Assembly: GCA_050309735.1 (NCBI GenBank)
Contig: JBNRMS010000072.1
Coordinates: 3,815-67,814, forward strand
DNA length: 64,000 nucleotides
Reading direction: 5' to 3'
Source of the DNA: Eubacteriales bacterium
GTDB lineage: Bacteria; Bacillota; Clostridia; Oscillospirales; CAG-272
Shown here: positions 1 through 10,017 of the stretch, one piece after another
Layout: each line of letters opens with the position of its first letter
Numbering within the stretch: position 1 is the stretch's first letter
Notes under the pieces: model-generated
What the model was told of the DNA's origin: nothing
What the model saw: only the letters and a program-made list of their open reading frames with translations
Databases searched by the model: none
Program-made: the position numbers and the translations under genes

Positions 1-607
1 TAGACGAAGGGTTTCCCTCGATTGTATATACATAAGAGCCGCTGACATATCGGACAAGCCCGACATGGGTGGCTATTGAGCTTGAGGTCGGATTTTTGAA
101 AAAAATCAGGTCTCCGCTCTCGGGTATGTAACCGCTCGCTCTGGTTTTATAAGTAGAATTTTCCTTGAGCCACGCGATAAGCCTTATATTGCTGACCTCT
201 GTTTTAAGAACGCTGACCGGAACTCCGGCCTGCCTTATGCACCAGGTTGCAAAAGCGCAGCACCAGGCATATCCATAACTAACCCCGTTTCCCTCAAAAT
301 TATCAACCTTGCCAAAGAGCCGGTTATATTCAACGAAATTCCTCGATCCCGAGTCGTTCCCTCCCCCCATGTCTCCCTCGTTGTCTCCCTCGTGGTATCC
401 GAGCTGAGAAAGGGCAACGAGCAGGACATCGGTGCGCTGGTCGCCGGTGAGATTCACCGATTGGAGATTGGCATGATACTGGCTAACAAGATATTCGGGG
501 GATGCATTATGTACCGGCTCAAGAGCCGAGGCTGGCAGGATTATGATAAAGCTGAGCGCAATAAATGTCAAAATAAGTAATATCACTGGGGCTATTTTCA
601 GGTTCAT
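1..607 (-). CDS. Secreted CHAP/NlpC-P60-like cell-wall amidase (partial; C-terminus lies beyond the window edge)
   Basis: Not in the ORF track because it runs off the edge. ATG at 607-605 has GGAG about 10 nt upstream. Signal-like N-terminus MNLKIAPVILLILTFIALSF. Cys block GYAWCCAFATWC and later His block THVGLV fit a CHAP-type Cys/His hydrolase. Confidence 0.6.
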   Translation of the reverse strand, partial: MNLKIAPVILLILTFIALSFIIILPASALEPVHNASPEYLVSQYHANLQSVNLTGDQRTDVLLVALSQLGYHEGDNEGDMGGGNDSGSRNFVEYNRLFGKVDNFEGNGVSYGYAWCCAFATWCIRQAGVPVSVLKTEVSNIRLIAWLKENSTYKTRASGYIPESGDLIFFKNPTSSSIATHVGLVRYVSGSYVYTIEGNPSS

Positions 608-746
608 TTTTCCGGTTCTCCATATGTAGTGTTAATCGGGCATATGATTTCCATATATATTGTCAAATTAAGTAACTGTCCAGAACAGATTATACCACAT
701 TGAGCAAGGGTTTGTAAATACCATATCCGAAATTTGAAGCTGCCTA

Positions 747-775
747 TTGAATCCAATCCTTCCATATGTTATAAT
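747..775 (+). promoter_or_regulatory. Sigma-70-type promoter for the 870..3200 gene
   Basis: TTGAAT (747-752), 17-nt spacer, TATAAT (770-775) with TGt extended -10. Confidence 0.45.
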
Positions 776-869
776 GTTTCAGATGAAAACTTTGTCAAAC
801 TGGGAAAACTTAAACTCCGGGCGCTCTTAGCGCTTGCCCGACACCCCCTCTCCGAAAGGAAAAACACAG

Positions 870-3200
870 ATGAAAAAAAAGCTGCGACCCTTAGCGCTCA
901 TCCTTGCGGCGTCAGTTCTAACGGCGGCATTTGTATTCCCCGCCTCGGCGCGCGAGGATGATTATTATACATATCTCACCGACCTCGGATTCCCTGCTGA
1001 CTATGCTGAAAAGCTTGCAGAGCTTCATATCCTCCACCCGAACTGGAGCTTCGAACCGCTGCTCGTCACCGAGCTTAATAGCAAATATAGCTGGAATTAT
1101 GTGATACATATGGAAACAGCCGACGCACCAAATCGCTCGCTGGTCACCCCAAACCCCGATTACGCAGCCTACCGGCACCCAAATAACACCACGCTCTATG
1201 ATTCAGGATGGTATCAGGCCTCAACCGAGGCGGTCGAATATATGATGGATCCCCGCAATTTTCTTAACGAGAAGGATATCTTCCAATTCGAGGAGCTTGG
1301 TTTCAAGGATTCGGTGAGCGTCGCGCAGGTTGAGGCGGCGCTGACAGGAACCTTTATGGCAGGCGCTTATCTTGAAAACGGTAAGACATACGCCGAATAT
1401 TTTTATGAGGTCGGCCTATCTTTGGGCGTCAGCCCCTTGCACCTTGCGGCACGCGCGCGGCAGGAGCAGGGCCTGGTCGGCACCGCCCCGCAGGTCGTCG
1501 GCTCTATAGGAACCCGGCTTTGGTATTATTACAGCAACAATATTCAGTATGAAGGCACAGCATATATAAATTCTCCCTCAAGCGGCCACACAGAGACCTC
1601 ACTTATGAGCTACAACAATCTTTATAATTTTTATAATATCGGTGCCGCGGGTACCGGCCGCTTCGCAATCCTGCTCGGCTCGGCCAAGGAGGCCGAGATC
1701 GGAACGCCGGATATGGCGTCCGAATGGGGGGGCAGCGGCCGATGGGACACTAAGTGGAAGTCGATTTACGGCGGAGCGTATAAACTCCGGGGAACATACA
1801 TAAACAACTATCAAAACACGCATTACCTGCAAAAATGGAATGTCGACAGCCGCTCCAAAACAGCAACCGGCGCCTCGCGAAACTTCTGGGGGCAGTATAT
1901 GCAAAATATCGGCGCCGCTCTCTCCGAGGCGCGCACCACATACGCCACACATGCCGCCGAGGGCAGGCTTGATTTTGCCTTTAACTTTCTGATTCCGGTT
2001 TACTCGGGTATGCCGGCCACCTGCCCCGACCCCGCGGGGGGCTCCTGCCTCGATTACGCAATATCGAATACAAAATACAGCTACACCTCGGGGCTGACCC
2101 TCCCCGCATCTGCTGCGTCGGAGGAAAACAGATACATCACAACATCGACAATCAGTGCGCCGGCCGGGAATAATTTTGTTATCAGCGGATGGTCGGTGCA
2201 TACTTACGGGATTGACGGCTATGAATACAGTATAGACGGCGGTGAGTGGAAATCAATGACGGCAAGCTTCAGCCAGGCTGTCGCCGCCGCTAACCCCGAC
2301 TATGTAAGGTGTGCCTTTGAGGGCTCGATAAATTCCTTCTCGTCCTCTCTTGATATCTCGGCTCTCTCTCCGGGTTCGCACAGAGTCACCCTGCGCGGCA
2401 TTGCCGACTTCGGCTCGGATCAAACACATACCGACGTTAGGTATTATCTCATCTCCCTTATTAATATTTTTGTTGAGGAATCGTCAAGCGTCACAGTAAC
2501 AATTGTGGGCAGCGACAAAAACACCTCTCTGTCACTCAAGAAAAACAGCGTTTATCCCCTACCCTTGCCTCCCGAGACCTCAGATGCAGATACATATTTC
2601 GCGGGATGGTCTGTTCTGTCCGAGAGCGCCCGGCTCTTTCTTCCCGCCGGGGTGGACATAACCCTGCTTGGAAACATAACGCTGACTCCGGTCTACATTG
2701 ATCTGAGAATTCTCGGCGGCGCCGAGCTGAAAATCAGTCAAACCCCCTCGCTGCGCTTCACAGCCGCAATATCATACGACGGCTATAACACCCTTTCCGA
2801 TGCCGCCCGAGCCGCGAATATCACGCTTGGCATTGCAATCTGCAAAAAATCCGAGCTCGGGGCGCTCGCACTCAACCCCGCCACCCTCAAAGCAGAAGGA
2901 AAGCAGTATATCACCGCAACCTCATCTGTCTGGCGCCATTCCGCGCATATGAGCGGCGAATACTACGGATTCGACGGCAGCACACCCGCTATTGATTCGC
3001 TTGACTTCGCAACCGATTACTCGGCATCAGCATATATCCGCATCAAATATTCTGACTCCTCGATTGCCTATATCTGCTCGGCATACACAGCCGAAAATAA
3101 CTCGCGCTCGGCAAAAGCAGTGGCGGCCGCGGCTCTTGAAGACACCTCAAGAGTTTACTCGGCAGAAGAGAGAGAGATACTCGGAAAGATAGCCAAATAG
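870..3200 (+). CDS. Secreted peptidoglycan hydrolase-like protein (glucosaminidase/muramidase-type domain) with long C-terminal beta-rich region
   Basis: ORF track gives 834..3200. ATG at 870 is preferred (AAAGGA upstream) and gives signal peptide MKKKLRPLALILAASVLTAAFVFPASA. Segment YFYEVGLSLGVSPLHLAARARQEQG resembles LytD/FlgJ-type glucosaminidase domains. The function call is by family resemblance only. Confidence 0.6.
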   Translation: MKKKLRPLALILAASVLTAAFVFPASAREDDYYTYLTDLGFPADYAEKLAELHILHPNWSFEPLLVTELNSKYSWNYVIHMETADAPNRSLVTPNPDYAAYRHPNNTTLYDSGWYQASTEAVEYMMDPRNFLNEKDIFQFEELGFKDSVSVAQVEAALTGTFMAGAYLENGKTYAEYFYEVGLSLGVSPLHLAARARQEQGLVGTAPQVVGSIGTRLWYYYSNNIQYEGTAYINSPSSGHTETSLMSYNNLYNFYNIGAAGTGRFAILLGSAKEAEIGTPDMASEWGGSGRWDTKWKSIYGGAYKLRGTYINNYQNTHYLQKWNVDSRSKTATGASRNFWGQYMQNIGAALSEARTTYATHAAEGRLDFAFNFLIPVYSGMPATCPDPAGGSCLDYAISNTKYSYTSGLTLPASAASEENRYITTSTISAPAGNNFVISGWSVHTYGIDGYEYSIDGGEWKSMTASFSQAVAAANPDYVRCAFEGSINSFSSSLDISALSPGSHRVTLRGIADFGSDQTHTDVRYYLISLINIFVEESSSVTVTIVGSDKNTSLSLKKNSVYPLPLPPETSDADTYFAGWSVLSESARLFLPAGVDITLLGNITLTPVYIDLRILGGAELKISQTPSLRFTAAISYDGYNTLSDAARAANITLGIAICKKSELGALALNPATLKAEGKQYITATSSVWRHSAHMSGEYYGFDGSTPAIDSLDFATDYSASAYIRIKYSDSSIAYICSAYTAENNSRSAKAVAAAALEDTSRVYSAEEREILGKIAK

Positions 3201-3207
3201 GACTCCG

Positions 3208-3254
3208 GACAGTGCCGGGCAAAACTTTTATATAAAGTTTTGCCCGGCACTGTC
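3208..3254. terminator. Bidirectional intrinsic terminator hairpin between convergent genes
   Basis: Perfect 21-bp arms (3208-3228 and 3234-3254) with a 5-nt loop, between the stop at 3200 (+) and the stop at 3269 (-). Confidence 0.7.
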
Positions 3255-3268
3255 AAGTATCAAGAAAA

Positions 3269-4654
3269 TTAAAACACAAGCTCCTCCGCCGATATCACCC
3301 TGCGCTTCTTAATCGTTTCCCCGGGGCCAAGACCGTATTCTTCATACTCGGCCTCGCCAGTCTGATTATCATACGGATCGGCTCGCATAAATTCCTTTGG
3401 CGGGTCGAAGGGCTGCTGAAAATCAGTGTTTGCGACAAGGCGGAAGGGATCAAGGTTTCCAAAATAATAGTTCCATATGTCGCGCTCTCCCCGCCGCAGC
3501 GCTCCGCCGCCGAACGACAGGTCGGCATAAAGCCAACCATATGGAGCCACATAAAATTTCGCCCAGTCGTGACTGCCAATCGAGGTCGGCGTCACCCTGC
3601 TGCCCGACTCCCAGACCGCAGGAATGCCAAGGCGCCGGCAGAGTGTTATAAAGGTCAGCGCCATCACGCCGCAGTCGCCCCGCCTGTTCAGTATCGCAAA
3701 CTCGGGAATATTGTCAATGCAGAGATACTCGCGCATATAGGAATATTTTATATTTTTTGTCACCCAGTCGTAAACGCGGCGGGCGAGCAGCAGCGGATTT
3801 TTCTCGCTGCCCGCAATTTCACTTGCAAGCTCTGAGATAAGAGGGGTGAAACGAATATGCGGATAAAGCTCCTCAGTAAAGAACCGGGGCTGCTCGGCGA
3901 GGATGGCGGCCGGATCAGGCTCGACATATACAGCGCGGTTTACATAGCTGAATCTTACGCTATAAACCTCGCCCGCGAGGTGAAGATTCTCAATATACGC
4001 AGTGCATGAAGCACTGTCCGAGATATACACTCCCTTATGCGAGCAGGAGAGCAGCTTTATCTCGTTCGCAGGCTGCGAGCATGAGGGGGCGGGATAAGGC
4101 AGATGAACCCGAATTCTCTCGCCTTCCCGCTCAAAGAGGGGTGCGGGAGCTAATGTTTCTTCAACAGTAAAGCGAAATGCCCGCCCTCCCTGCCTCCTCA
4201 TTATCTCTATATTCTCTTTTGCAAAGCGGTCAAATTCGCTCGCCGGCTCAGCGCCGGGATCGGTAAGACGCTCAAGGTAGTCGGCATGGCAACTAAAAAT
4301 ATTCGCCGCCGCCGAGTTCTGAAAATAAAGCTTGCTAAACCCGCCCCTGTAAATATAGTCGACATGACCCGCGCGAACAATTTCGCAAAGCTCACTCATT
4401 CCAAGAGCGGGATACCTCTCCTGCAACCCTCTGAGCAGGCCGTCAAGGTCGCGGCGATAGTCTTTTGCCATATGCTCGGCAATAACGCGCTCAATAACAA
4501 GACGGGAGCGGAGGGCGTGCGGCAACTCGCCGGCCAAATGCTTGTCTATCTCGCAGATCTCGCCAAACCAGTCTCCTATGTGTTTGCTGTACTTAACACT
4601 GTCGGGCAGCTCGAGTGCGAGATATTTAATATCATCATGATTGAATTTTATCAT
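3269..4654 (-). CDS. Transglutaminase-like cysteine protease domain protein
   Basis: Transglutaminase core Cys/His/Asp blocks: RRGDCGVMALTFITLCRRLGIPAVW, GSHDWAKFYV, WLYADLS. Start moved from 4687 to ATG 4654 (GGGAG SD). Confidence 0.75.
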   Translation of the reverse strand: MIKFNHDDIKYLALELPDSVKYSKHIGDWFGEICEIDKHLAGELPHALRSRLVIERVIAEHMAKDYRRDLDGLLRGLQERYPALGMSELCEIVRAGHVDYIYRGGFSKLYFQNSAAANIFSCHADYLERLTDPGAEPASEFDRFAKENIEIMRRQGGRAFRFTVEETLAPAPLFEREGERIRVHLPYPAPSCSQPANEIKLLSCSHKGVYISDSASCTAYIENLHLAGEVYSVRFSYVNRAVYVEPDPAAILAEQPRFFTEELYPHIRFTPLISELASEIAGSEKNPLLLARRVYDWVTKNIKYSYMREYLCIDNIPEFAILNRRGDCGVMALTFITLCRRLGIPAVWESGSRVTPTSIGSHDWAKFYVAPYGWLYADLSFGGGALRRGERDIWNYYFGNLDPFRLVANTDFQQPFDPPKEFMRADPYDNQTGEAEYEEYGLGPGETIKKRRVISAEELVF

Positions 4655-4901
4655 TTTAACTCCCATATCGCCCGAAGGGCGGCTCAAATAGAATTTTGAA
4701 TTTTTGGCGGGATTGCCCGCAAAAGCGGGGTAGGGTTTTACTTAGCAAAAGCGAGGCTTTGCTCCGGTTTTGGAAAATTCACGCGTGAAAAGACAAATTT
4801 TAATATAATGAGAATAAAATCTTCACGCCACGCTTGCACTATTATATTGCTTAAAGTATAACATATCGCAAAGATTGCCGCAAGTGCGCCGATGAAATTT
4901 A

Positions 4902-4930
4902 TTGACACCCGTCCTGAGCGGTGATATACT
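4902..4930 (+). promoter_or_regulatory. Sigma-70-type promoter for dat
   Basis: TTGACA (4902-4907), 17 nt, TATACT (4925-4930) with TGa extended -10. Confidence 0.5.
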
Positions 4931-4968
4931 GATATCAAAATACATAATGAAAACGAGGCTCTGTAAAA

Positions 4969-5817
4969 ATGGAAAATCTCGGCTATTATAACGGCAGGTA
5001 TGGCCCCATTGAGGAGATGACAATCCCCATGAACGACCGCGTATCTTGGTTTGGCGACGGGGTCTACGACGCGACCTATTCGCGCAACCATATCATCTAC
5101 AATCTCAAGGAACATATCGACCGCTTCTTCTCAAGCGCCGCGCAGCTCGGAATTGTTATTCCGCACAGCCGCGAGGAGCTTGCCGAACTGCTCTGCGAGA
5201 TGGTTCGGAAGGTAAAGGACGGCGAGCAATTTGTCTATTGGCAGGTGACGCGCGGCACGGCTATGCGCTCCCACGCCTTCCCCACCCCGGCCGGGCCGGG
5301 CAATATGTGGATCACCCTCACCCCGAAAAAGGTCAGAGACACATATAAAAAAATAAAGCTTATCACCCGCCCCGACACGCGTTTTCTGCATTGCAATATC
5401 AAGACCCTCAATCTCATCCCCGCCGTCATGGCCTCAGCGGCGGCGGCTACCGCCGGCTGCGACGAGGCGGTATTCCACCGCGAGGGCAGAGTCACCGAGT
5501 GCGCTCACTCGAACGTGCATATATTAAAAGACGGTATCTTTCGCACCGCCCCGACCGACAACCTGATACTTCCCGGAGTGGCGCGGGCAAATCTCATAAA
5601 ATACTGCGGGCAGCTCGGTATACCTGTCGCAAAGACCCCCTTCACTCTCGCCGAGCTTATGTCGGCAGACGAGGTTATTGTCTCAAGCTCGGGGTCTTTC
5701 TGCGTCGCCGCTTCTGAGGTAGACCGAATTCCTGTCGGCGGGAGAGCGCCCGAGCTGCTTAAATCTCTTCAGGACATCGCTCTCAAAGATTTTTTAAACG
5801 CTACCGATTTGCGCTGA
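4969..5817 (+). CDS. dat: D-amino-acid (D-alanine) aminotransferase, class IV
   Basis: 282 aa. Class IV aminotransferase blocks FGDGVYD, RFFSSAAQLGI and RFLHCNIKTLNLIP (catalytic Lys region), collinear with Bacillus Dat. Confidence 0.85.
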   Translation: MENLGYYNGRYGPIEEMTIPMNDRVSWFGDGVYDATYSRNHIIYNLKEHIDRFFSSAAQLGIVIPHSREELAELLCEMVRKVKDGEQFVYWQVTRGTAMRSHAFPTPAGPGNMWITLTPKKVRDTYKKIKLITRPDTRFLHCNIKTLNLIPAVMASAAAATAGCDEAVFHREGRVTECAHSNVHILKDGIFRTAPTDNLILPGVARANLIKYCGQLGIPVAKTPFTLAELMSADEVIVSSSGSFCVAASEVDRIPVGGRAPELLKSLQDIALKDFLNATDLR

Positions 5818-5853
5818 TTCGCTGTTTAAACCAAAGGGCAGCAAAGTACGCTT

Positions 5854-5896
5854 GGGGGAACACTTCATTGCATGAAGTGTTCCCCCCTCTCTTTTG
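5854..5896 (+). terminator. Intrinsic terminator after dat
   Basis: 15-bp stem GGGGGAACACTTCAT / ATGAAGTGTTCCCCC with a 3-nt loop, then CTCTCTTTTG. Confidence 0.7.
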
Positions 5897-5980
5897 CCTA
5901 TTGAAAATTATCATAACAAAGCCATTTCAGTCGCCTCTGAGCGCCGGCGCCCTGTTCGGGCTTTCTGGCTTGCACCAATT

Positions 5981-6844
5981 CTATGCCTTGCCCTCGCCGC
6001 CGCAGATGATAATCCTTGACGCTACAATTTCTTTAACATTCGCCATTGCTGTTTTCCCGTATTTTTTAGGGTCATAGACCTCGTCGTCTCCCGACAAGAC
6101 AGAGCGAACCCCCGCCGTATAGGCCTGCCTCAGCTCTGTTGCGAAATTAACCTTGCATATCCCCTCGGCAATACACTCGCGCACCGCACTCTCAGACAAC
6201 CCCGACGCGCCGTGAAGCACGAGCGGAATCCCAAGGCCGGCGGCACTCAGTCGCCGGCTTATTTCGCGCAGTCTTGCCACGTCAAGAACCGGCGTCCCGC
6301 TGTAGATCCCGTGAGCAGTTCCTATCGCCGCCGCGAGCGAGCTTATGCCTGTTTCGCTTACAAATCGAGCGGCATCCTCGGGATCTGTATAGCCGCCGTC
6401 GCCCCCGTCATAATCGTCCTCTTTGCCGCCAACCCGACCAAGCTCGGCTTCAACCGGAATTCCGGCGGCCGCAGCCCTCTTAACAACCCGGCGGGTTAGC
6501 TCTATGTTCTCTTCAAGGCTGCTGTTAGAGCCGTCAATCATCACAGAGGTGTAGCCCGCCTGTATCGCAGACACCGCGCTCTCAAAGCTGTCACCGTGGT
6601 CATAATGCAGTGCGACCGGAACCCTTGCGTTCTCCGCCAGCTCTTGTGCGAGCGCGCGGAAGACACCGAAACCGGCATATTTAACGGTCGACGGCGTCGT
6701 CTGCAATATTACCGGAGCCCGAAGTTCCTCGGCCGCCGATAATATGGCAATCGCCATCTCCATATTCTCAAAATTAAAAGCTCCGACCGCATATTTCCCC
6801 TCCCGGGCGCGGCCAAGCATTTCTCTTGTTGTAACAAATGGCAT
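5981..6844 (-). CDS. fba: Class II fructose/tagatose-bisphosphate aldolase family protein
   Basis: N-terminus MPFVTTREMLGRAREGKYAVGAFNFENMEM, HYDHG metal site and LVLHGASG block are typical of class II ketose-bisphosphate aldolases. Exact substrate is not resolved. Confidence 0.85.
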   Translation of the reverse strand: MPFVTTREMLGRAREGKYAVGAFNFENMEMAIAILSAAEELRAPVILQTTPSTVKYAGFGVFRALAQELAENARVPVALHYDHGDSFESAVSAIQAGYTSVMIDGSNSSLEENIELTRRVVKRAAAAGIPVEAELGRVGGKEDDYDGGDGGYTDPEDAARFVSETGISSLAAAIGTAHGIYSGTPVLDVARLREISRRLSAAGLGIPLVLHGASGLSESAVRECIAEGICKVNFATELRQAYTAGVRSVLSGDDEVYDPKKYGKTAMANVKEIVASRIIICGGEGKA

Positions 6845-7003
6845 TGTTTGTCCTCCATTTTACTTGATTTTGGATTTTTCATGTACAGTATAGCATATCT
6901 GAGCATTGAAATCAATAAACATTTTCTTTATCAATCCCCGGCGCCTGCATACAATAAAGGGGGGAACTTTTCGAGAAAAGCTCCCCTCTGAGTATCGCTT
7001 GAA

Positions 7004-7987
7004 TTATTGATTTTGCATCAGCTCAAACCATTTGATATTGTCCTCAATCGCTTTTTTGATACTCAGCTTCGGCTGCCAGCCGAGGCTGACTGCCGCCTTG
7101 TCGATTTTCGTATATGCTCCGGCAACATCTCCGGGGCGGGGATCGGTTTCGCTTATGTCAAGCCGCCGACCTATAACCTCCTCGAAATCCGAGACAAATT
7201 CTCTGACCGTAACTCCGCGTCCGCAGCCGAGATTTATTGCAAGAAAGCCGGGCTCGGTGAAAAGCTCATCGAATTTTTCAACCGCCATAACGTGAGCGAC
7301 AGCGATATCCCATACATGAACATAATCGCGGATTCCCGTTCCGTCTCTTGTCGGCCAGTCGGTACCGGTTATGTTAAACCTTCCGTCTCCCTTCCCCGAG
7401 AGTATCAGGCGGGGTAGAAGGAGAGTGGGCGCTTCGTTATACGGGCCTGTTCTCATCATCGGGTCTGCCCCGACCACATTGAAATATCTGAAACTTATCC
7501 CCCTCATGCCATATGCAACCGAGAAACTCTTCATAATCAGCTCGCAGACAGCCTTTGTTTCGGCATACGGGCTCTGAGGATTCAATTGATCTTCTTCGGA
7601 AACCTCGATTTTTGCGGTATCTCCGTAAACCGACGCCGAGGAGCTGAAAACCACCCTGTCGCATCCAAGCTCACAGAGCTTTTTGAGCATGATATTTGTT
7701 TTGCATATGTTTTCATTATAATATTCATATGGCCGCCTCACCGAATCGGGTACCACCGTGAGCGCCGCGCAGTGTACAACATGGCGTATGCTTCCCTGCT
7801 CCTTTATAATTCTTTCGAGCAGCTCGGTGTCGGCTATGTCGCCCTTGTAAAATATCCGGCCTTTTGTGAATTCCTCACGACCCATTGTTAGCGAGTCGAG
7901 TATCACGGGCGTGTGCCCACCGTCGAGCAGAGCCGAGCATATCGTGCTGCCGATGTATCCGGCGCCTCCGGTCACAAGAACTTTCAT
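7004..7987 (-). CDS. galE: UDP-glucose 4-epimerase
   Basis: MKVLVTGGAGYIGS Rossmann motif, SPYAETK (YxxxK), 327 aa, GalE-like throughout. Confidence 0.9.
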   Translation of the reverse strand: MKVLVTGGAGYIGSTICSALLDGGHTPVILDSLTMGREEFTKGRIFYKGDIADTELLERIIKEQGSIRHVVHCAALTVVPDSVRRPYEYYNENICKTNIMLKKLCELGCDRVVFSSSASVYGDTAKIEVSEEDQLNPQSPYAETKAVCELIMKSFSVAYGMRGISFRYFNVVGADPMMRTGPYNEAPTLLLPRLILSGKGDGRFNITGTDWPTRDGTGIRDYVHVWDIAVAHVMAVEKFDELFTEPGFLAINLGCGRGVTVREFVSDFEEVIGRRLDISETDPRPGDVAGAYTKIDKAAVSLGWQPKLSIKKAIEDNIKWFELMQNQ

Positions 7988-8120
7988 AATCTCCTCCGAA
8001 TGATTTATTCTTTAATAACATTCTATCATTCAAGGAGGGTAGCTTCAATGAGATTTTGTTGTAAGAATATTAGTTTTTGTCGCTCTTTTAATATATATTT
8101 AATATTTATATTCGTTTATG

Positions 8121-8149
8121 TTGCATATGGCGGTGAAGCATGGTATTAT
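8121..8149 (+). promoter_or_regulatory. Sigma-70-type promoter for the AraC-family gene
   Basis: TTGCAT (8121-8126), 17 nt, TATTAT (8144-8149) with TGg extended -10. Confidence 0.4.
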
Positions 8150-8180
8150 ATTAGTATAAAACCACTGCCGGGGGATACAC

Positions 8181-9011
8181 ATGTCGTCAAAAATTAAAAT
8201 CTCCTATAAATTCAATAATACAGATGCACTTGCGCTGCGCGTGAATAACGCCGGCAGAGAGGAATGCGAGCCGCTCTATCAATGGGGGCCGGGGATAAGG
8301 TCAAACTATGTTATCCATCATATAATCAAAGGAAAGGGCGCATATGCCGTGGGGGGCGCGAGATATGAGCTTTCGGAGGGTGACAGCTTTATAATCTACC
8401 CCGATACCGAGATAGTCTACCGCGCCGACGAACATGAGCCCTGGGAATACTCGTGGGTCGGTTTTTCGGGGCTTACCGCTGCCGAGCTTGTCTCACATAC
8501 AGACTTCACCCCCGATATGCCAGTGATACATACCCGACTCGGCACCGAAATAGAGAATATCATAGCCCGGATTTATGAGGCACACGGCGAGGGTTATGTT
8601 GAAAATCTTAAAATGACCGGGCATCTCCTTCTGATGTTCGCCCTTTTTGCCGAGCGCTCGGAGCGGCGGCGCGGAACCCGGCCCGACGCCGAGAAATACG
8701 CGCGCGACGCCGAGGAATATATGCTTAACAACTATGCCCTGCCGATTACTGTTGAGGACATAGCCGGTCACATAAATATAAGTCGCAGTCATCTATGGAG
8801 GGTGTTCAAGGAAAAGTATTCGGCAAGCCCGAAGGAGTATCTGAGCGCCTTGAGGATAGACAAAGCCTGCGGTATGCTGACTAAAACCTCCTTGCCGGTG
8901 GGATCGATAGCAAATTCGGTGGGATTTGAGAATCATCTTTATTTTTCATCGGCTTTCAAGAGGCTTAAGGGAGTGTCGCCAAGCGAGTACAGACGGTCGG
9001 GCGGGGTGTGA
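8181..9011 (+). CDS. AraC-family transcriptional regulator (cupin sensor plus HTH)
   Basis: C-terminal double HTH: ITVEDIAGHINISRSHLWRVFKEKY and SIANSVGFENHLYFSSAFKRLKGVSPSEYR. N-terminal cupin-like half. Confidence 0.85.
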   Translation: MSSKIKISYKFNNTDALALRVNNAGREECEPLYQWGPGIRSNYVIHHIIKGKGAYAVGGARYELSEGDSFIIYPDTEIVYRADEHEPWEYSWVGFSGLTAAELVSHTDFTPDMPVIHTRLGTEIENIIARIYEAHGEGYVENLKMTGHLLLMFALFAERSERRRGTRPDAEKYARDAEEYMLNNYALPITVEDIAGHINISRSHLWRVFKEKYSASPKEYLSALRIDKACGMLTKTSLPVGSIANSVGFENHLYFSSAFKRLKGVSPSEYRRSGGV

Positions 9012-9036
9012 GATCGGGGTGATTCGCTCAGAGAGC

Positions 9037-9082
9037 AGAAACACATCGGAGAGCTTTCTCAAAAGCTCCCCGATGTGTTTCT
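9037..9082. terminator. Bidirectional terminator hairpin
   Basis: About 21-bp stem (one mismatch), AGAAACACATCGGAGAGCTTT / AAAGCTCCCCGATGTGTTTCT, between convergent stops at 9011 (+) and 9110 (-). Confidence 0.7.
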
Positions 9083-9109
9083 CTTATTAACCGCCCCTGC
9101 CACCGGCTT

Positions 9110-9811
9110 CTATTTCCCTGTCTGCGTCATGTATGTAAATTCCGCGGAGGTGAGAGAGGTGTTTCCGGTACCTATTGTTACGGCTTTCCAGTTGTCTTTG
9201 CTGCCCTCGTAGATGATTTTTTTGAGATTTTTGCAGCCTTCTGTGGCGTTGTCAGCTATTTTTTTCACCTGGCTTGTCAGCGTTAGCGAGGCGTGAGAAG
9301 AGCCGGCAGGCACGCAGACAAGGGTTGCAGCATCGGCGCTGTAGAGAATGCCGCCCGAATCGCGATAAGAATTATTCCCGTCGGCAACAGAAATATAGGC
9401 CAGCTTTTGGCAACCCGCAAAGGCCCCCGCGCCAATTTCGGATACACCGGCAGGTATCTGCACGGCGGTTATTGTAGTGTTGCCAGCAAATGCCGATGGA
9501 GCAATTTTCACAACCCTCTCGCCGCTGTCCGACATATCCGGAATTATCAGACACATATCAATGCAGCTTCCTATTCCGACAAGCGTGCAGCTTCCATCGC
9601 CGTTGCTGGTAAAGGCAAGTCCTCGGCTCGCAGCCGTCATCGGGTCAAGCGAAACCGGAAGCGCCTCCTCGGTACTCTCGACTGCCACAGTCTCGGTCAA
9701 GTATTCAGTAGTCTCATCGTCGGGTGCTTCTTTCTCGCCGCAGGCTGTCATTGCCGGTATTCCTGCTATTAGTAAAAGAATGAGAATTGCTATTGTAGCG
9801 TATTTTTTCAT
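9110..9811 (-). CDS. Lipoprotein with BspA-type leucine-rich repeats
   Basis: Lipobox IPAMTAC. Repeats of the type VKIAPSAFAGNTTITAVQIPAGVSEIGAGAFAGCQKLAYISV. GGAGGA SD. Confidence 0.75.
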   Translation of the reverse strand: MKKYATIAILILLLIAGIPAMTACGEKEAPDDETTEYLTETVAVESTEEALPVSLDPMTAASRGLAFTSNGDGSCTLVGIGSCIDMCLIIPDMSDSGERVVKIAPSAFAGNTTITAVQIPAGVSEIGAGAFAGCQKLAYISVADGNNSYRDSGGILYSADAATLVCVPAGSSHASLTLTSQVKKIADNATEGCKNLKKIIYEGSKDNWKAVTIGTGNTSLTSAEFTYMTQTGK

Positions 9812-10017
9812 GTCAGATCCTCCGTTTTTAAGCCTTAAATTTTTATTTTATGCTCACTGCTCATGGATTATACCTTTTTATACCATATTTGTCAAGTTAA
9901 ATCGTCCGACACAAGGCGTCCGGTAGCGCCTCTGCCCAACAAAAAAACCACCCCGCTCGCCGCGCAAATGCGTGAGCTGGGTGATTTTTTTTATTATTTT
10001 AGCGTCAAAAATCGGTT

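Noticed and set aside
1599-2201. 200-aa minus-strand ORF inside the 870..3200 gene
   Set aside because: It is antisense to the signal-peptide-bearing hydrolase gene. It is Arg/Gly-rich, which is typical of GC-rich antisense frames.
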